Position numbers and translations under genes: made by a program
Notes under the pieces: generated by a model
What the model saw: only the letters and a program-made list of their open reading frames with translations
The model's database searches: none
Told to the model about the DNA's origin: nothing
IMG/VR virus record: IMGVR_UViG_3300050821_003950
Coordinates: 1 to 64,000 of that record
DNA from: a virus
Reading direction: 5' to 3' (one strand)
Length of the DNA stretch: 64,000 nt
In this document: positions 28,291 to 37,338 of the stretch, one piece after another
How positions within the stretch are numbered: the first letter of the stretch is position 1
Layout of the letters: each line of letters begins with the position of its first letter

Positions 28291-28731
28291 TTAGAGAGAG
28301 TCGTAAGAGCGGAGTTTCGCTTGTGCCTGAAGCGGCGGCGCAGCGGGCGGCGGCGTCGCGGTCGGCGCCGCGTGGACCTTTACAACGACGGGCGCGCCGG
28401 CATCCCGAGGACGAGCCGGGGCCGCGATGAAGGGCTCGGACGCGCCGGCATCGACGACCACGGGCACGACGACGGCTTCATGCTCTTTCATGTAGCTCTC
28501 GAACCACGCGCGTTGCGCCTCGATCGCTTCGTGGTTGCGGCGCGCGTTCTCTTGCTCGGTCTCGATCGCCTTGCTCGATTCGGTGTAGCTCGCGCGGGCG
28601 CCGCTCTCGCGGAGCGCGACGACGAGCCCCGTGATCGCGACGACGAGCGCGGCCCACCCCTTGAGGTCGACGAGCTTGGAGAACAGGATCGGGTGCTTCT
28701 CGCGGAGCGACGGCGGCGGCGGGTCGGACAT
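28291..28731 (-). CDS. membrane protein with TM helix, coiled coil and DAG/Pro-rich tail
   Basis: MSDPPPP...GWAALVVAITGLVVAL...VDAG...RDAG; lone minus-strand gene. Confidence 0.6.
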   Translation of the reverse strand: MSDPPPPSLREKHPILFSKLVDLKGWAALVVAITGLVVALRESGARASYTESSKAIETEQENARRNHEAIEAQRAWFESYMKEHEAVVVPVVVDAGASEPFIAAPARPRDAGAPVVVKVHAAPTATPPPAAPPLQAQAKLRSYDSL

Positions 28732-28826
28732 GATCGCCAGTGTCGCAGAGAACGCGGCCCCCGGGCAACGCCCTGGCAGATCCACGCGGGGCCGCACTTC
28801 TTCCTTGTGCGCGAGAGCGATTCGGA

Positions 28827-28855
28827 TTGCATCTATGACACGACCGACATACAGA
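28827..28855 (+). promoter_or_regulatory. sigma70-like promoter with operator-like inverted repeat in spacer
   Basis: TTGCAT-17 nt-TACAGA; TATGAC-N6-GACATA overlaps. Confidence 0.45.
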
Positions 28856-28866
28856 AAGAGGGCGCC

Positions 28867-29202
28867 ATGGGAGACGGAAGGTTCATCGGTTCGGACGAGG
28901 CTGTCCCCGCGGAGCGACAGCACGAGAAGCCATGCGGTGACTGTCCGTTCGCGCGCAAGTCGATCGCGGGCTGGCTCGGCGACGGCGACGTCGAGAGCTG
29001 GCTCGCGGACGTGGGCGGCGAGACGCAAATCAACTGTCACACGCTGATCGGTCCGCAGTGCGCGGGCGCCGCGATCTATCGCAGGAACACGTGCAAGAGC
29101 CCGAGGAAGCCGACGCTGCTCCTCTTGCCTCGCGACACGGTTCTTGTTTTCGCGAACGCGAGAGAGTTCGCCGCGCATCACTCGAACCCGGGGCGCCGAT
29201 GA
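28867..29202 (+). CDS. Cys-rich phage protein (PCxxCPF...CH...CAG)
   Basis: KPCGDCPFARKSIAGWLG...CH...QCAGA. Confidence 0.65.
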   Translation: MGDGRFIGSDEAVPAERQHEKPCGDCPFARKSIAGWLGDGDVESWLADVGGETQINCHTLIGPQCAGAAIYRRNTCKSPRKPTLLLLPRDTVLVFANAREFAAHHSNPGRR

Positions 29203-29642
29203 ATCTCGATCGCGAGCTGCGCCCGCTTCCGCCCGAGGTCGACGGCGACGAGCGCACTCTCGCCGACCTCACGTCGCGGAGCCCGCGCGGCGTCGTCTAC
29301 CAAGCGCTCTTGAAGAAGTACCGCACGCCGCGCACGACGCGGCGCCCCGACATCGTCGGCATGGACGTGTTCGAGGACAACGCGCCGGACTGGCTTTGGA
29401 TGCTCGCGAAGGACATCCTCGAACACACGGGCTACGAGGACGATCTCGGCATGTCGCTCCTCGTCGAAGCGATCACGTGGGTCGAGCTGGGCGACGAGGT
29501 CGCGCGCTCGGCGCGTCTGCGCGACCCGCGGACGCGCGCGAGCGTCGGGCGCGTCGAGGACGCGGCGTACATCGCCGAGATGCGCCGCTTTCTGAAGGCG
29601 GCTTATTTGGAACCGAAGTATCTAGCGAAAGAGAAGAGGTAG
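29199..29642 (+). CDS. hypothetical protein
   Basis: ATGA-coupled. Confidence 0.55.
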   Translation: MNLDRELRPLPPEVDGDERTLADLTSRSPRGVVYQALLKKYRTPRTTRRPDIVGMDVFEDNAPDWLWMLAKDILEHTGYEDDLGMSLLVEAITWVELGDEVARSARLRDPRTRASVGRVEDAAYIAEMRRFLKAAYLEPKYLAKEKR

Positions 29643-29645
29643 ACC

Positions 29646-30170
29646 ATGTTCTCGTACACGCAACTCCAAGCCGAATCGAAAGAGTGGGTCGCGCACAACT
29701 TCAAGAACCGCCACCCGCTCGAACCCGTGCTCGGGCTGTTCGAGGAAATCGGCGAGCTGCACGAGCACAACGACCCGCCCGAGGAAGCCGACGCGATCGC
29801 CGACATCACGATCTTCGCGGCCGACGCCTGCAACGGCTACGGGCTGAACCTCGGCGCGATCGTCAAGGAAGCGAGCGAGAGATCGGCGCTCACGCAATCG
29901 ATCATCGTCACGATGGGCAAGCTCGCGCACCATGCGCTCAAGGACAAGCAAGACATCCGCGGCACGCACGAGGAGCACGTGACGGCGATCGGCGAGCAGC
30001 TCGTGTGCCTCTTCGAGCACGTGCACGCGTGGTCGCGTGCGCGCGGGATCGTGCTCCTCCCGCTCGTCGAGACGACATGGAAGAAGGTCGTCCAGAAACG
30101 AGACTGGCGCCCGCCCGTTGGTCACACGACGGTCGACGGACCCGATCCTCTCCGCGCTTCGACGCGATGA
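29646..30170 (+). CDS. MazG-like nucleotide pyrophosphohydrolase
   Basis: LQ....W...NF, LGLFEEIGEL, EEADAIAD, W.KV..RDW; internal half-duplication. Confidence 0.75.
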   Translation: MFSYTQLQAESKEWVAHNFKNRHPLEPVLGLFEEIGELHEHNDPPEEADAIADITIFAADACNGYGLNLGAIVKEASERSALTQSIIVTMGKLAHHALKDKQDIRGTHEEHVTAIGEQLVCLFEHVHAWSRARGIVLLPLVETTWKKVVQKRDWRPPVGHTTVDGPDPLRASTR

Positions 30171-30538
30171 AGCCGTCCGAGCTGGACGTGTCGGCGAACA
30201 CGATCGTTCGCCGGCTCGTCCGCGAGGCGGTCGCGCAGCTCAGCCGTGAGCTTGTCGTGACCCTTCGAGGTCGTCAGGATATGAATCGCAGGACGGCGAC
30301 GATCCACCCCGACGCCGAAGCAAGAAGAGAATCGGAGGTTCGGATCGATGCCTACGAAAACGCAATCGGCGACCTCGCGCGCATCGGCGCCGACGTCGGA
30401 AGAATCGAGCGAGACGTCGTCGAAAGAATCCGAGAAGGCGGCGGCGAAGAAGCCGAAGCTCCCGCCCCCGGCGAATGCGTGGGACGCGTGCGTGAGGATC
30501 CTAGAGACGCTCCCCTCGACGGAGACGTCCACGGTTGA
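30167..30538 (+). CDS. hypothetical protein
   Basis: ATGA-coupled. Confidence 0.45.
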   Translation: MKPSELDVSANTIVRRLVREAVAQLSRELVVTLRGRQDMNRRTATIHPDAEARRESEVRIDAYENAIGDLARIGADVGRIERDVVERIREGGGEEAEAPAPGECVGRVREDPRDAPLDGDVHG

Positions 30539-30736
30539 TCCGCTGACGCACGTGCGGACGTTCTTGCAGCTCGTTGGCGCAGCGCTCGCGAAGAAGGACG
30601 GCTCGCGCTCGACGGACTGGTCCGTCTACTGCGAGAAGCACATGCGAAACGTCGGCGTGCGCTTCATGCTCCGACGGCCCGACGGGACCGAGGTTGACTT
30701 GCAGAAAATTCCCGGCACCCTCGAAGCGATCGTCGC

Positions 30737-30961
30737 ATGGCAACCCTGACCCGCGCTCAGTACCTTCAGGTCCGCGCCGAGCTGCGCACGCTCGCCACGG
30801 TCGCGAAGAATCTCCCGCACGGCGACGTGCTCGCCACGATCGACCAAGCGCTCGCCGAGGGGCCGGCGAAGAACCCGAAAATGTGGACCGAGGGAGGGGC
30901 GCAGCTACAGAAGGACCGGGAGTTCGTCGCGCACATCGCCGACTTCGTGAAGAAGGTCTGA
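30737..30961 (+). CDS. hypothetical protein
   Basis: Good codon bias. Confidence 0.5.
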   Translation: MATLTRAQYLQVRAELRTLATVAKNLPHGDVLATIDQALAEGPAKNPKMWTEGGAQLQKDREFVAHIADFVKKV

Positions 30962-31123
30962 TCCTCTCATGGAGCCGTGGATGGTGGCGTCGGCCGTGAC
31001 CGCGCTGACGGTGTTCGTCGTCGGCGTCTACCTTCGTCGGCGCGAGATCGCGCGCGAGAAGCGAGTGCGGAACGGGCGGCGCAGGACGTTGCACTGAGAG
31101 CCGTTAGACAGTACGGTCATAGC

Positions 31124-31627
31124 GTGAAAAAGAAGAAGACGAAGCCGGCGCCCGAGATCAAGTCGACCGCCGACGACTTGAGCGCCCCCGATCGCGCATG
31201 GGCCGAGTCGATCGCGACGCTCGAAGGGTGCCCGCTGCACGAAGCCGAGAAGCGCGTGCGGCGCATTCGCTACGACAAGCCGCTCGAAGAGAAGCTTCAC
31301 GAGGTCGCGCGCGAGCTGGGTCCGAACGTCGTCATCACGAACATCGAGCGCACGGGGCCGACCATGCAGGACGTGAACGTGTACGTGGTGCCCGCGCCCG
31401 TCGAGGCCGTGCGGTTCTTGAACGGGCTCCCCGCCGACAAGCCGTCGATGCTCCGAAATTCTCAGCAAGAGATGGCGAACCTGAAGGCGCAGGCGCACGC
31501 GCGCGCGGTCATGCGCCGCGACGTGACGACGTTCGAGCTGCGCCACGCGTTCGGCCCGGCGAGGACCGCGATCAGCTCGGGCGTGCTCCGCGACATAGTC
31601 GATCCGAATTGGGGTAAGCCGTCATGA
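31124..31627 (+). CDS. hypothetical protein
   Basis: GTG start just after TTGCAC-17 nt-TACGGT promoter-like element (31089-31117). Confidence 0.55.
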   Translation: MKKKKTKPAPEIKSTADDLSAPDRAWAESIATLEGCPLHEAEKRVRRIRYDKPLEEKLHEVARELGPNVVITNIERTGPTMQDVNVYVVPAPVEAVRFLNGLPADKPSMLRNSQQEMANLKAQAHARAVMRRDVTTFELRHAFGPARTAISSGVLRDIVDPNWGKPS

Positions 31628-32091
31628 GCACGTGGGAAGAAGCCGCGGCCCGAGCGTTCGACGCGTCGCTTCCGACGGGCGTGGTCCCGCCCCCGGTCGA
31701 CGAGCGGCAGCGGGCGATCGACCGAGCGATCGCGACCGCGCCCCCCGAGGCCGACGACGCGCCGGCCGAACACGCCCCCCGCCCGCCGCTCATCGTCGTC
31801 GACCACTTCAACCTGAACATGATCGACATGAGCGCCGACGGCGCGTGTCTGCTCGTGCAGCAACTCACACGCTCCGAGGCGATGAGCTTGGTTCGCAAGC
31901 ACAACCCGCCGATCGTCACCTTCAACGAGCGCGACCTCGGCGATCTCGAAAAGGACTTGCAGCTCGACCCTTTGCCACGCCCGAACCTGCGCTACGGGAC
32001 CCGGCTCCTCGTGCGGTCTGCCCCCCGTTGGAATGACGTCCGATGGTTCCTCGTCGAGTACAGCGCCGACGGTAACGGCGTCTGCCCCTGA
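31624..32091 (+). CDS. hypothetical protein
   Basis: ATGA-coupled. Confidence 0.5.
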   Translation: MSTWEEAAARAFDASLPTGVVPPPVDERQRAIDRAIATAPPEADDAPAEHAPRPPLIVVDHFNLNMIDMSADGACLLVQQLTRSEAMSLVRKHNPPIVTFNERDLGDLEKDLQLDPLPRPNLRYGTRLLVRSAPRWNDVRWFLVEYSADGNGVCP

Positions 32092-32136
32092 CGCTTGAGA
32101 TTGTTCGGCGGTTCGGCGCGCGGTAGAGTCGAGGAG

Positions 32137-32376
32137 ATGTCGACCGAGCCCGAGGCCGAAGGCGGTCATCTAGACGACTTGCCTCGTGAGGATCGGATCT
32201 ACGCCGCGCTCCTCAAGCTCTCGGCCGAGGTGCTCGACGTTCGAGCGATGCTCGTCCCCGTCAAGCGATGGGAGACGATCGCGATCATCGTCCTCTCTTC
32301 TTTCATCGGCGGCGTCGTCACGAACATCGTCTTCTATCTCTTGGGACTCGGCACCGTCGTCGGTTTTCACCGATGA
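32137..32376 (+). CDS. small membrane protein (holin-like topology possible)
   Basis: GAGGAG RBS; C-terminal TM helix. Confidence 0.5.
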   Translation: MSTEPEAEGGHLDDLPREDRIYAALLKLSAEVLDVRAMLVPVKRWETIAIIVLSSFIGGVVTNIVFYLLGLGTVVGFHR

Positions 32377-32392
32377 AGAAGGGAGCGTCGTC

Positions 32393-32788
32393 ATGATCTG
32401 GGCTGCGATTGTCGTTTGGGCCATTCTCGCGGGAGCGCTCGCAGTGTTCGCGACGCATTGGGTGACGAAGCGCGATCAGGCGCGCAGGCTGCGAGCCTAC
32501 AAAGAGATCCTCGACGAGAAGGGTGTCGCCGTGAAGCCGGGCGAGCCGATCAAGCGAGCGCTCCTCCGCGCGCGCCGGCAAGAGATCGGCGTCGTGTCGC
32601 GCCCCCCGCCCGACTTCGCACGCTCCGTCTTGCAGCGTCCCAAGAGCCGGCCGGACATTCAGCTCGACACGCGCCACGTCAGCGGGCACACGCCGGCATC
32701 GCATCCGGGCTTCGAGGCGGTGCGCCCGCGCGCGGGGCTGATCATGCCCCCGGCGATCCCGCGCCCGTCGACGCACCGCAAGGCGTGA
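32393..32788 (+). CDS. membrane-anchored hypothetical protein
   Basis: N-terminal TM helix MIWAAIVVWAILAGALAVF. Confidence 0.5.
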   Translation: MIWAAIVVWAILAGALAVFATHWVTKRDQARRLRAYKEILDEKGVAVKPGEPIKRALLRARRQEIGVVSRPPPDFARSVLQRPKSRPDIQLDTRHVSGHTPASHPGFEAVRPRAGLIMPPAIPRPSTHRKA

Positions 32789-32789
32789 C

Positions 32790-33152
32790 GTGCTGACCCG
32801 GATCGAGCCCGTCGTCTATCAGGGCGCGGTAGGCCCCGAGACGCTGCAAGTGCAGATCGCGCAGGGCGACGCGCTCGTCGATCTCACGACGGTCACGTCG
32901 GCGTCGCTGCTCGTGCAGCTTCCGAACGGGAAAGAGACGACGTGGACGGCCGTGATCGCCGCGGGTCCGATCCCGCCCGCGCCGACAACGACCCTCCTGA
33001 CGCTCCTCCACGCCTTCGTGGCGGGCGACGTCGACGCGGTCGGTCCCTACGTGGCGGTCGCCGTCTTGAGCGTCCCCGGGGGCACCGTGAGGAGCAAGCC
33101 GCAGAGGTTCAAGGTCGTCGACAAATTCGCGATCGACCGCGTGTTCGACTGA
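32790..33152 (+). CDS. putative virion protein (BppU N-terminal-like)
   Basis: YQG...LQVQI...VDLT.V...HAFVAGDVDAVGPY pattern. Confidence 0.55.
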   Translation: MLTRIEPVVYQGAVGPETLQVQIAQGDALVDLTTVTSASLLVQLPNGKETTWTAVIAAGPIPPAPTTTLLTLLHAFVAGDVDAVGPYVAVAVLSVPGGTVRSKPQRFKVVDKFAIDRVFD

Positions 33153-33192
33153 AGGTCTGTTCAATCTAGAAAGTCGCGGATAAGCTGCGCTC

Positions 33193-33534
33193 ATGGCAGT
33201 GACACCCGAGCCCGCGTCCCCGCCGAAGGCCGCTTCGTCGAAGCCGGTTCTTCCCTTCACGATGAAGATCCGAAGCGTGCGCCGCGGCCCGGTCGCGCTC
33301 GAAGTGGACGCGGTCGTGACGGATGCCGAGGGTAAATCCGTCTCGTCCGAGTCGGTTACGATGCACCCCAAGGCGAACGCCGCGGCCGTGTGCGCGATGC
33401 TTCAGAACCACGTGACGGTGCTCGCGCAGTCGATGCACCGTCGAGGGGTAGCGATCATGGCCGCGGCGAGCGGCGAGCCGGAAGACGACGGCGATCTCGT
33501 CGGTCAAGAGTTCGTCGGGAGCGTCGTCACATGA
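33193..33534 (+). CDS. hypothetical protein
   Basis: Follows late-promoter-like motif. Confidence 0.55.
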   Translation: MAVTPEPASPPKAASSKPVLPFTMKIRSVRRGPVALEVDAVVTDAEGKSVSSESVTMHPKANAAAVCAMLQNHVTVLAQSMHRRGVAIMAAASGEPEDDGDLVGQEFVGSVVT

Positions 33535-34574
33535 GCACGAGACTGTTCGTCCCCGCCGAAAGGCGCATCCTTCGGGTCCCCGCTCGCTACCTCGCGCGCG
33601 AGGCGCTGCGAAGGATGAACGAAGAGGAGCGCCGACTTCCTCGTCGCGTGCGGCGCGATCGCGAGCGCTCGTGCGGTATGGCCGCGCGCCTCTTCGATCA
33701 CGGACGCGACGGCTTCAACACGAAGCTCTTGAGCTGGACTGGCGACACGCAAAAGGCGCTCTTGCTCGACATGACCGTCGCCGGGACGTGGATGAAGCCG
33801 CTCACGGGCGGCGTCACGAACGCGAGCCCCGCCGTCTACACCATCGCGACGCACGGCTACTCGAACGGCGATCTCGTCGTGGTGACGGGTGTGCTCGGCA
33901 ACCTCTCGGCGAATCAGACCGGACTCGTCACGAACGCGACGACGAACACGTTTCAGCTCACGACGCTCGAAGGTCAGGTCATCGCGGGCTCGGGCGCGTA
34001 CATCTCGGGCGGCTACACGGTCAACCTGACGCAAGCGACGTTCGTGTCGGACGTGCTCGGCACTCGCGTCGGCGTCGACCCGACGATCGCGGGCACGACG
34101 TCGAGCAAGGGCGTCGCGAACGCGACGAGCCCCGTGACGTGGCTCACGGTCCCCGCGGGCAACCCTGCGCAGGCGGTGTGCCTGTACGATGCCGCGGGCG
34201 GCACGGACGGAACGAACCGGCTCATCGGCTGGCAAGACGGAAAGATCAGGGTCATCACGGTCGGCGACTCGCCGTCGACGTCGACGTCGATCAAGTGCCA
34301 GCCTCTTCGCGCGCAGCTATGGGACGGCGTGACTGGTGTGGCGCCCGTGCTCTGGTTCTCGAACGGCTTCTCGGCGACGCTCAGTGCGGCGGCGAACCAA
34401 GGCGCGGACTCGATCGCGGTCGTGTCGACGGGGCACGACATCCCCGACTTGCAGACGGCCGAGGGCATCGACTTCGGCGGCGGGCTCCCGGTCACGCCGT
34501 CGGGCGGAAACATCGCGTTCAACATCGGCGTGATCTACGCCCCGCTCTCGCCGACGGGTCTCTACGAGCTGTAA
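33531..34574 (+). CDS. virion structural protein with E1 FCCH-like beta insertion (start may be 33678)
   Basis: MAARLFDHGRDGF...W..DT.KALL; TNASPAV.T...HGYSNGD.V...GV.G; GGLPVTPSGGNI. Confidence 0.65.
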   Translation: MSTRLFVPAERRILRVPARYLAREALRRMNEEERRLPRRVRRDRERSCGMAARLFDHGRDGFNTKLLSWTGDTQKALLLDMTVAGTWMKPLTGGVTNASPAVYTIATHGYSNGDLVVVTGVLGNLSANQTGLVTNATTNTFQLTTLEGQVIAGSGAYISGGYTVNLTQATFVSDVLGTRVGVDPTIAGTTSSKGVANATSPVTWLTVPAGNPAQAVCLYDAAGGTDGTNRLIGWQDGKIRVITVGDSPSTSTSIKCQPLRAQLWDGVTGVAPVLWFSNGFSATLSAAANQGADSIAVVSTGHDIPDLQTAEGIDFGGGLPVTPSGGNIAFNIGVIYAPLSPTGLYEL

Positions 34575-34586
34575 GGTAGGGCTCTC

Positions 34587-35048
34587 GTGCCCACCCACGG
34601 CGACCGAGTCAAGGAAACCACTGCGACCGTAGGCACGGGTCCGTTCACGCTCGGCGGCGCGGTCGTCGGCTATCAGGCGCTCTCGAATTGCTTCGCCGAT
34701 CAGGACATCGGCTACTTCTGCGCGACCGACGGGACGAATTGGGAAGTCTTCCAGGGGACGTTCACCCTCGGATCGGACACGCTCTCGCGCGACACGGTCG
34801 TTGCTAGCTCGAACGCGGGAGCGCTCGTCAACTTCCCGGGACCGTCGACCACGGTGTTCAACACGTACCCGGCGACGGCCGCGACGGGCATGGTGAAGAG
34901 GTCGATCGCGACGCAGAGCACGAACCAACCGCAGAACGTGATCCGCATCGCGCAGGACGACAATATGCTGTTCTTTCAAGACCTCGTCATGAACGGCACG
35001 GCCGAGGTCGTAGCTTGGGGGTCTTCCGAGCTGGTAGGGTTGCACTGA
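34587..35048 (+). CDS. tail-fibre-associated protein
   Basis: DRVKETT.T.GTG..TLGGAV.GYQ...WEV..GT...LSR..V.ASSN.G.LVNF, a common phage tail-region family. Confidence 0.7.
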   Translation: MPTHGDRVKETTATVGTGPFTLGGAVVGYQALSNCFADQDIGYFCATDGTNWEVFQGTFTLGSDTLSRDTVVASSNAGALVNFPGPSTTVFNTYPATAATGMVKRSIATQSTNQPQNVIRIAQDDNMLFFQDLVMNGTAEVVAWGSSELVGLH

Positions 35049-37330
35049 TGGCACGAGCGACACTAGCGACTGAAGCGCGAGCGGCCGTCCCCACGCCGGG
35101 CGCGGGCTTCGAGCGACTCTTCTTCGACAGCACCTACGCGGGCGCCGATCCCGTCATCCGGTACATGAGCCCGGACGGGACGATCACGACGCCGGTTCTT
35201 CAGAAGGGTCGACTCTTCGTCAATCCGATCGTCGACTACGGTTGCAAGTTCGATCATCGAGTCGTCTTCGACGGCGCGACGACGGGCGGGACTGGAATCA
35301 TCACGAGCCCGACGGCGAACTTCACGTCGGCGGACATCGGCAAGAGGATCGTTCTCACGGCAGCGGGGGCCGGCGCGTCGCCGAACATCGCGCCCTACGT
35401 CGGCACGATCACGAGTCTCAACTCGAACTCGTCGGCGAACGTGACGCCGAACACGACGACGACAGCGGTGACGAAGGGTCTTCAGATCCACACCGACGAT
35501 CTCACGGCGTGGACGAACCTGATCAACGACGTCAACAATTCGCCGTACCCCGGCGCCGTGATCCAGATGGAGGCCGCGCAGGTCAACGCTTTCGGGACGT
35601 CGGGCTTCACGAACCGATCGGGCGTCTCGGCGTTCCTTCCGCAGATCACGAAGCAAGTGCGGTTCGAGGGGATTTGCGGCGGCCACACGGCGGACATCGG
35701 CGACTACACGAAAGTCGGCGGCTCGTGCATCGCCTACGTCGGGACGACCGTGGACTCGGGCGTTCCCTTCGGCGCGCTCATGACGATCGCTCCCGCGGTC
35801 GGCGTCGCGAACCAAGCGCTCAAGCAAGTGACGGCGAACCACTTTTGGCTCGACTGCCGAAACGGCGACGGTCCCGCGGCCCTCAAGGGTTTGCGAATGG
35901 CGTCGTGTCACGGGTTCTCGTTCGACGACGTCTTCGTCATGGACTGCTCCGCGATCGCCTACCACTTCGGCGTCGTCGGCCCCGGGCTCGCGGTTCCGAA
36001 CGCCGGATCGCTCGGCGAGGCGAAGGACTGCACGCGCGGGATGGCGCGGAACATCAGCGCTCGCATCCTCGAAGCGCCGGCTCAAGGCGTGACGTCGGCT
36101 CCGACGACGACGACCTCGGCGATCACGCTCTCGACGACGGGGCAGTCGCTTACGCTCGCGGCGGCGAACGGGCTAACGACGAGCGGATACATTTGGGTGA
36201 TGACGACGATCGGGATCCCGGTCCTCGTCAACTACACGGGCGGCGGCGGGACGACGACGCTCACCGGCTGCACGGTCGACGCGACGGACGCAGCGGCGGG
36301 CGTCTACACGACGGTCAGCGGATCGAATGTCGTGCAAGCCTTCCCCGGCAACGCGTGCGCTTTCATGTTCGACGGCGACACGACCGCGAACATGAATCTG
36401 AGCCATTTCGACGGCGTCATCATCTCGCATGGCTCGACGTGGGGACCGGCTGCGATCGAGTATCGCGACTGCGACTCGATCGACATGCAGAATCCCGTCA
36501 TCAATGGCGGGAGCAACGCCGCGACGAACGCGATCAACCGGGTCACGAAGCCGGGCGTCCGACTGAACGGTCACTCGGTCACGACGCTCCACGCGCGGAA
36601 CAATGTCTTCCACGGCGGCACCGCGGGCGCTGGCGGCGTGTCGAACATGGGCGTGAACAACGCGGGCGCGCTCTTGGCGATCCAAGCCCAAGCGAACTAT
36701 TGGGAAGATTACCAGATGGCGAATGGGGAGCCGCTCCCCACGGTCGAGGGGAACAGCTTCTTCTCGTGGAACCCGAACGGCGGTTTGTCGGTCGGCCCTC
36801 TCGGCGCGCCCGTGGGCGTAGCAACGGCGGGTCAAGCGATCGCCGCGGCGACGCTCTCGCTCATTACGGGGACGCTCATCGCGATCCCGCCGCAAGGGTT
36901 TCAGATCGGGATGACGCTCCGGTTCACGGTCCACGCGTCGAAGACGGCGGCGGGAGTGGCGGCGCGCACCTTCTTCATCCGTATCGGCACGACGGGGACG
37001 ACGGCCGACGCGGTCGTCGCCACCATCACGTCCGCGCTCGGCACGGCCGCGGCGGACAATGGCGTGTTCGTCTTCACGCTCACGATCGTCGGACCGCTCG
37101 GCGCCGCGTGCGCTGCGCTCGCCGAAATGTGGATGACTCACAATCTGGCCGCGACGGGATTCTGTACGCTCCCGAGCGAGGTGCTCGTGTCGGGCTCGGG
37201 CGTCGTCATGGCGACGTTCAACTCGACGACGGCGCAGCAATTCATCAGTCTCTCGGTCACGACGGGCACGTCCGAGGCGCTGACGATCTGGCAAGCTTCG
37301 GTCGAGTGCGTGAAGCCCGCGAACCCGTGA
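35048..37330 (+). CDS. tail fibre/tailspike (beta-helix-like)
   Basis: DYG...D...TDD..AW glycoside-hydrolase-type N-terminal motif; Thr/Gly/Ala-rich. Confidence 0.7.
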   Translation: MARATLATEARAAVPTPGAGFERLFFDSTYAGADPVIRYMSPDGTITTPVLQKGRLFVNPIVDYGCKFDHRVVFDGATTGGTGIITSPTANFTSADIGKRIVLTAAGAGASPNIAPYVGTITSLNSNSSANVTPNTTTTAVTKGLQIHTDDLTAWTNLINDVNNSPYPGAVIQMEAAQVNAFGTSGFTNRSGVSAFLPQITKQVRFEGICGGHTADIGDYTKVGGSCIAYVGTTVDSGVPFGALMTIAPAVGVANQALKQVTANHFWLDCRNGDGPAALKGLRMASCHGFSFDDVFVMDCSAIAYHFGVVGPGLAVPNAGSLGEAKDCTRGMARNISARILEAPAQGVTSAPTTTTSAITLSTTGQSLTLAAANGLTTSGYIWVMTTIGIPVLVNYTGGGGTTTLTGCTVDATDAAAGVYTTVSGSNVVQAFPGNACAFMFDGDTTANMNLSHFDGVIISHGSTWGPAAIEYRDCDSIDMQNPVINGGSNAATNAINRVTKPGVRLNGHSVTTLHARNNVFHGGTAGAGGVSNMGVNNAGALLAIQAQANYWEDYQMANGEPLPTVEGNSFFSWNPNGGLSVGPLGAPVGVATAGQAIAAATLSLITGTLIAIPPQGFQIGMTLRFTVHASKTAAGVAARTFFIRIGTTGTTADAVVATITSALGTAAADNGVFVFTLTIVGPLGAACAALAEMWMTHNLAATGFCTLPSEVLVSGSGVVMATFNSTTAQQFISLSVTTGTSEALTIWQASVECVKPANP

Positions 37331-37338
37331 GGTAGCTC

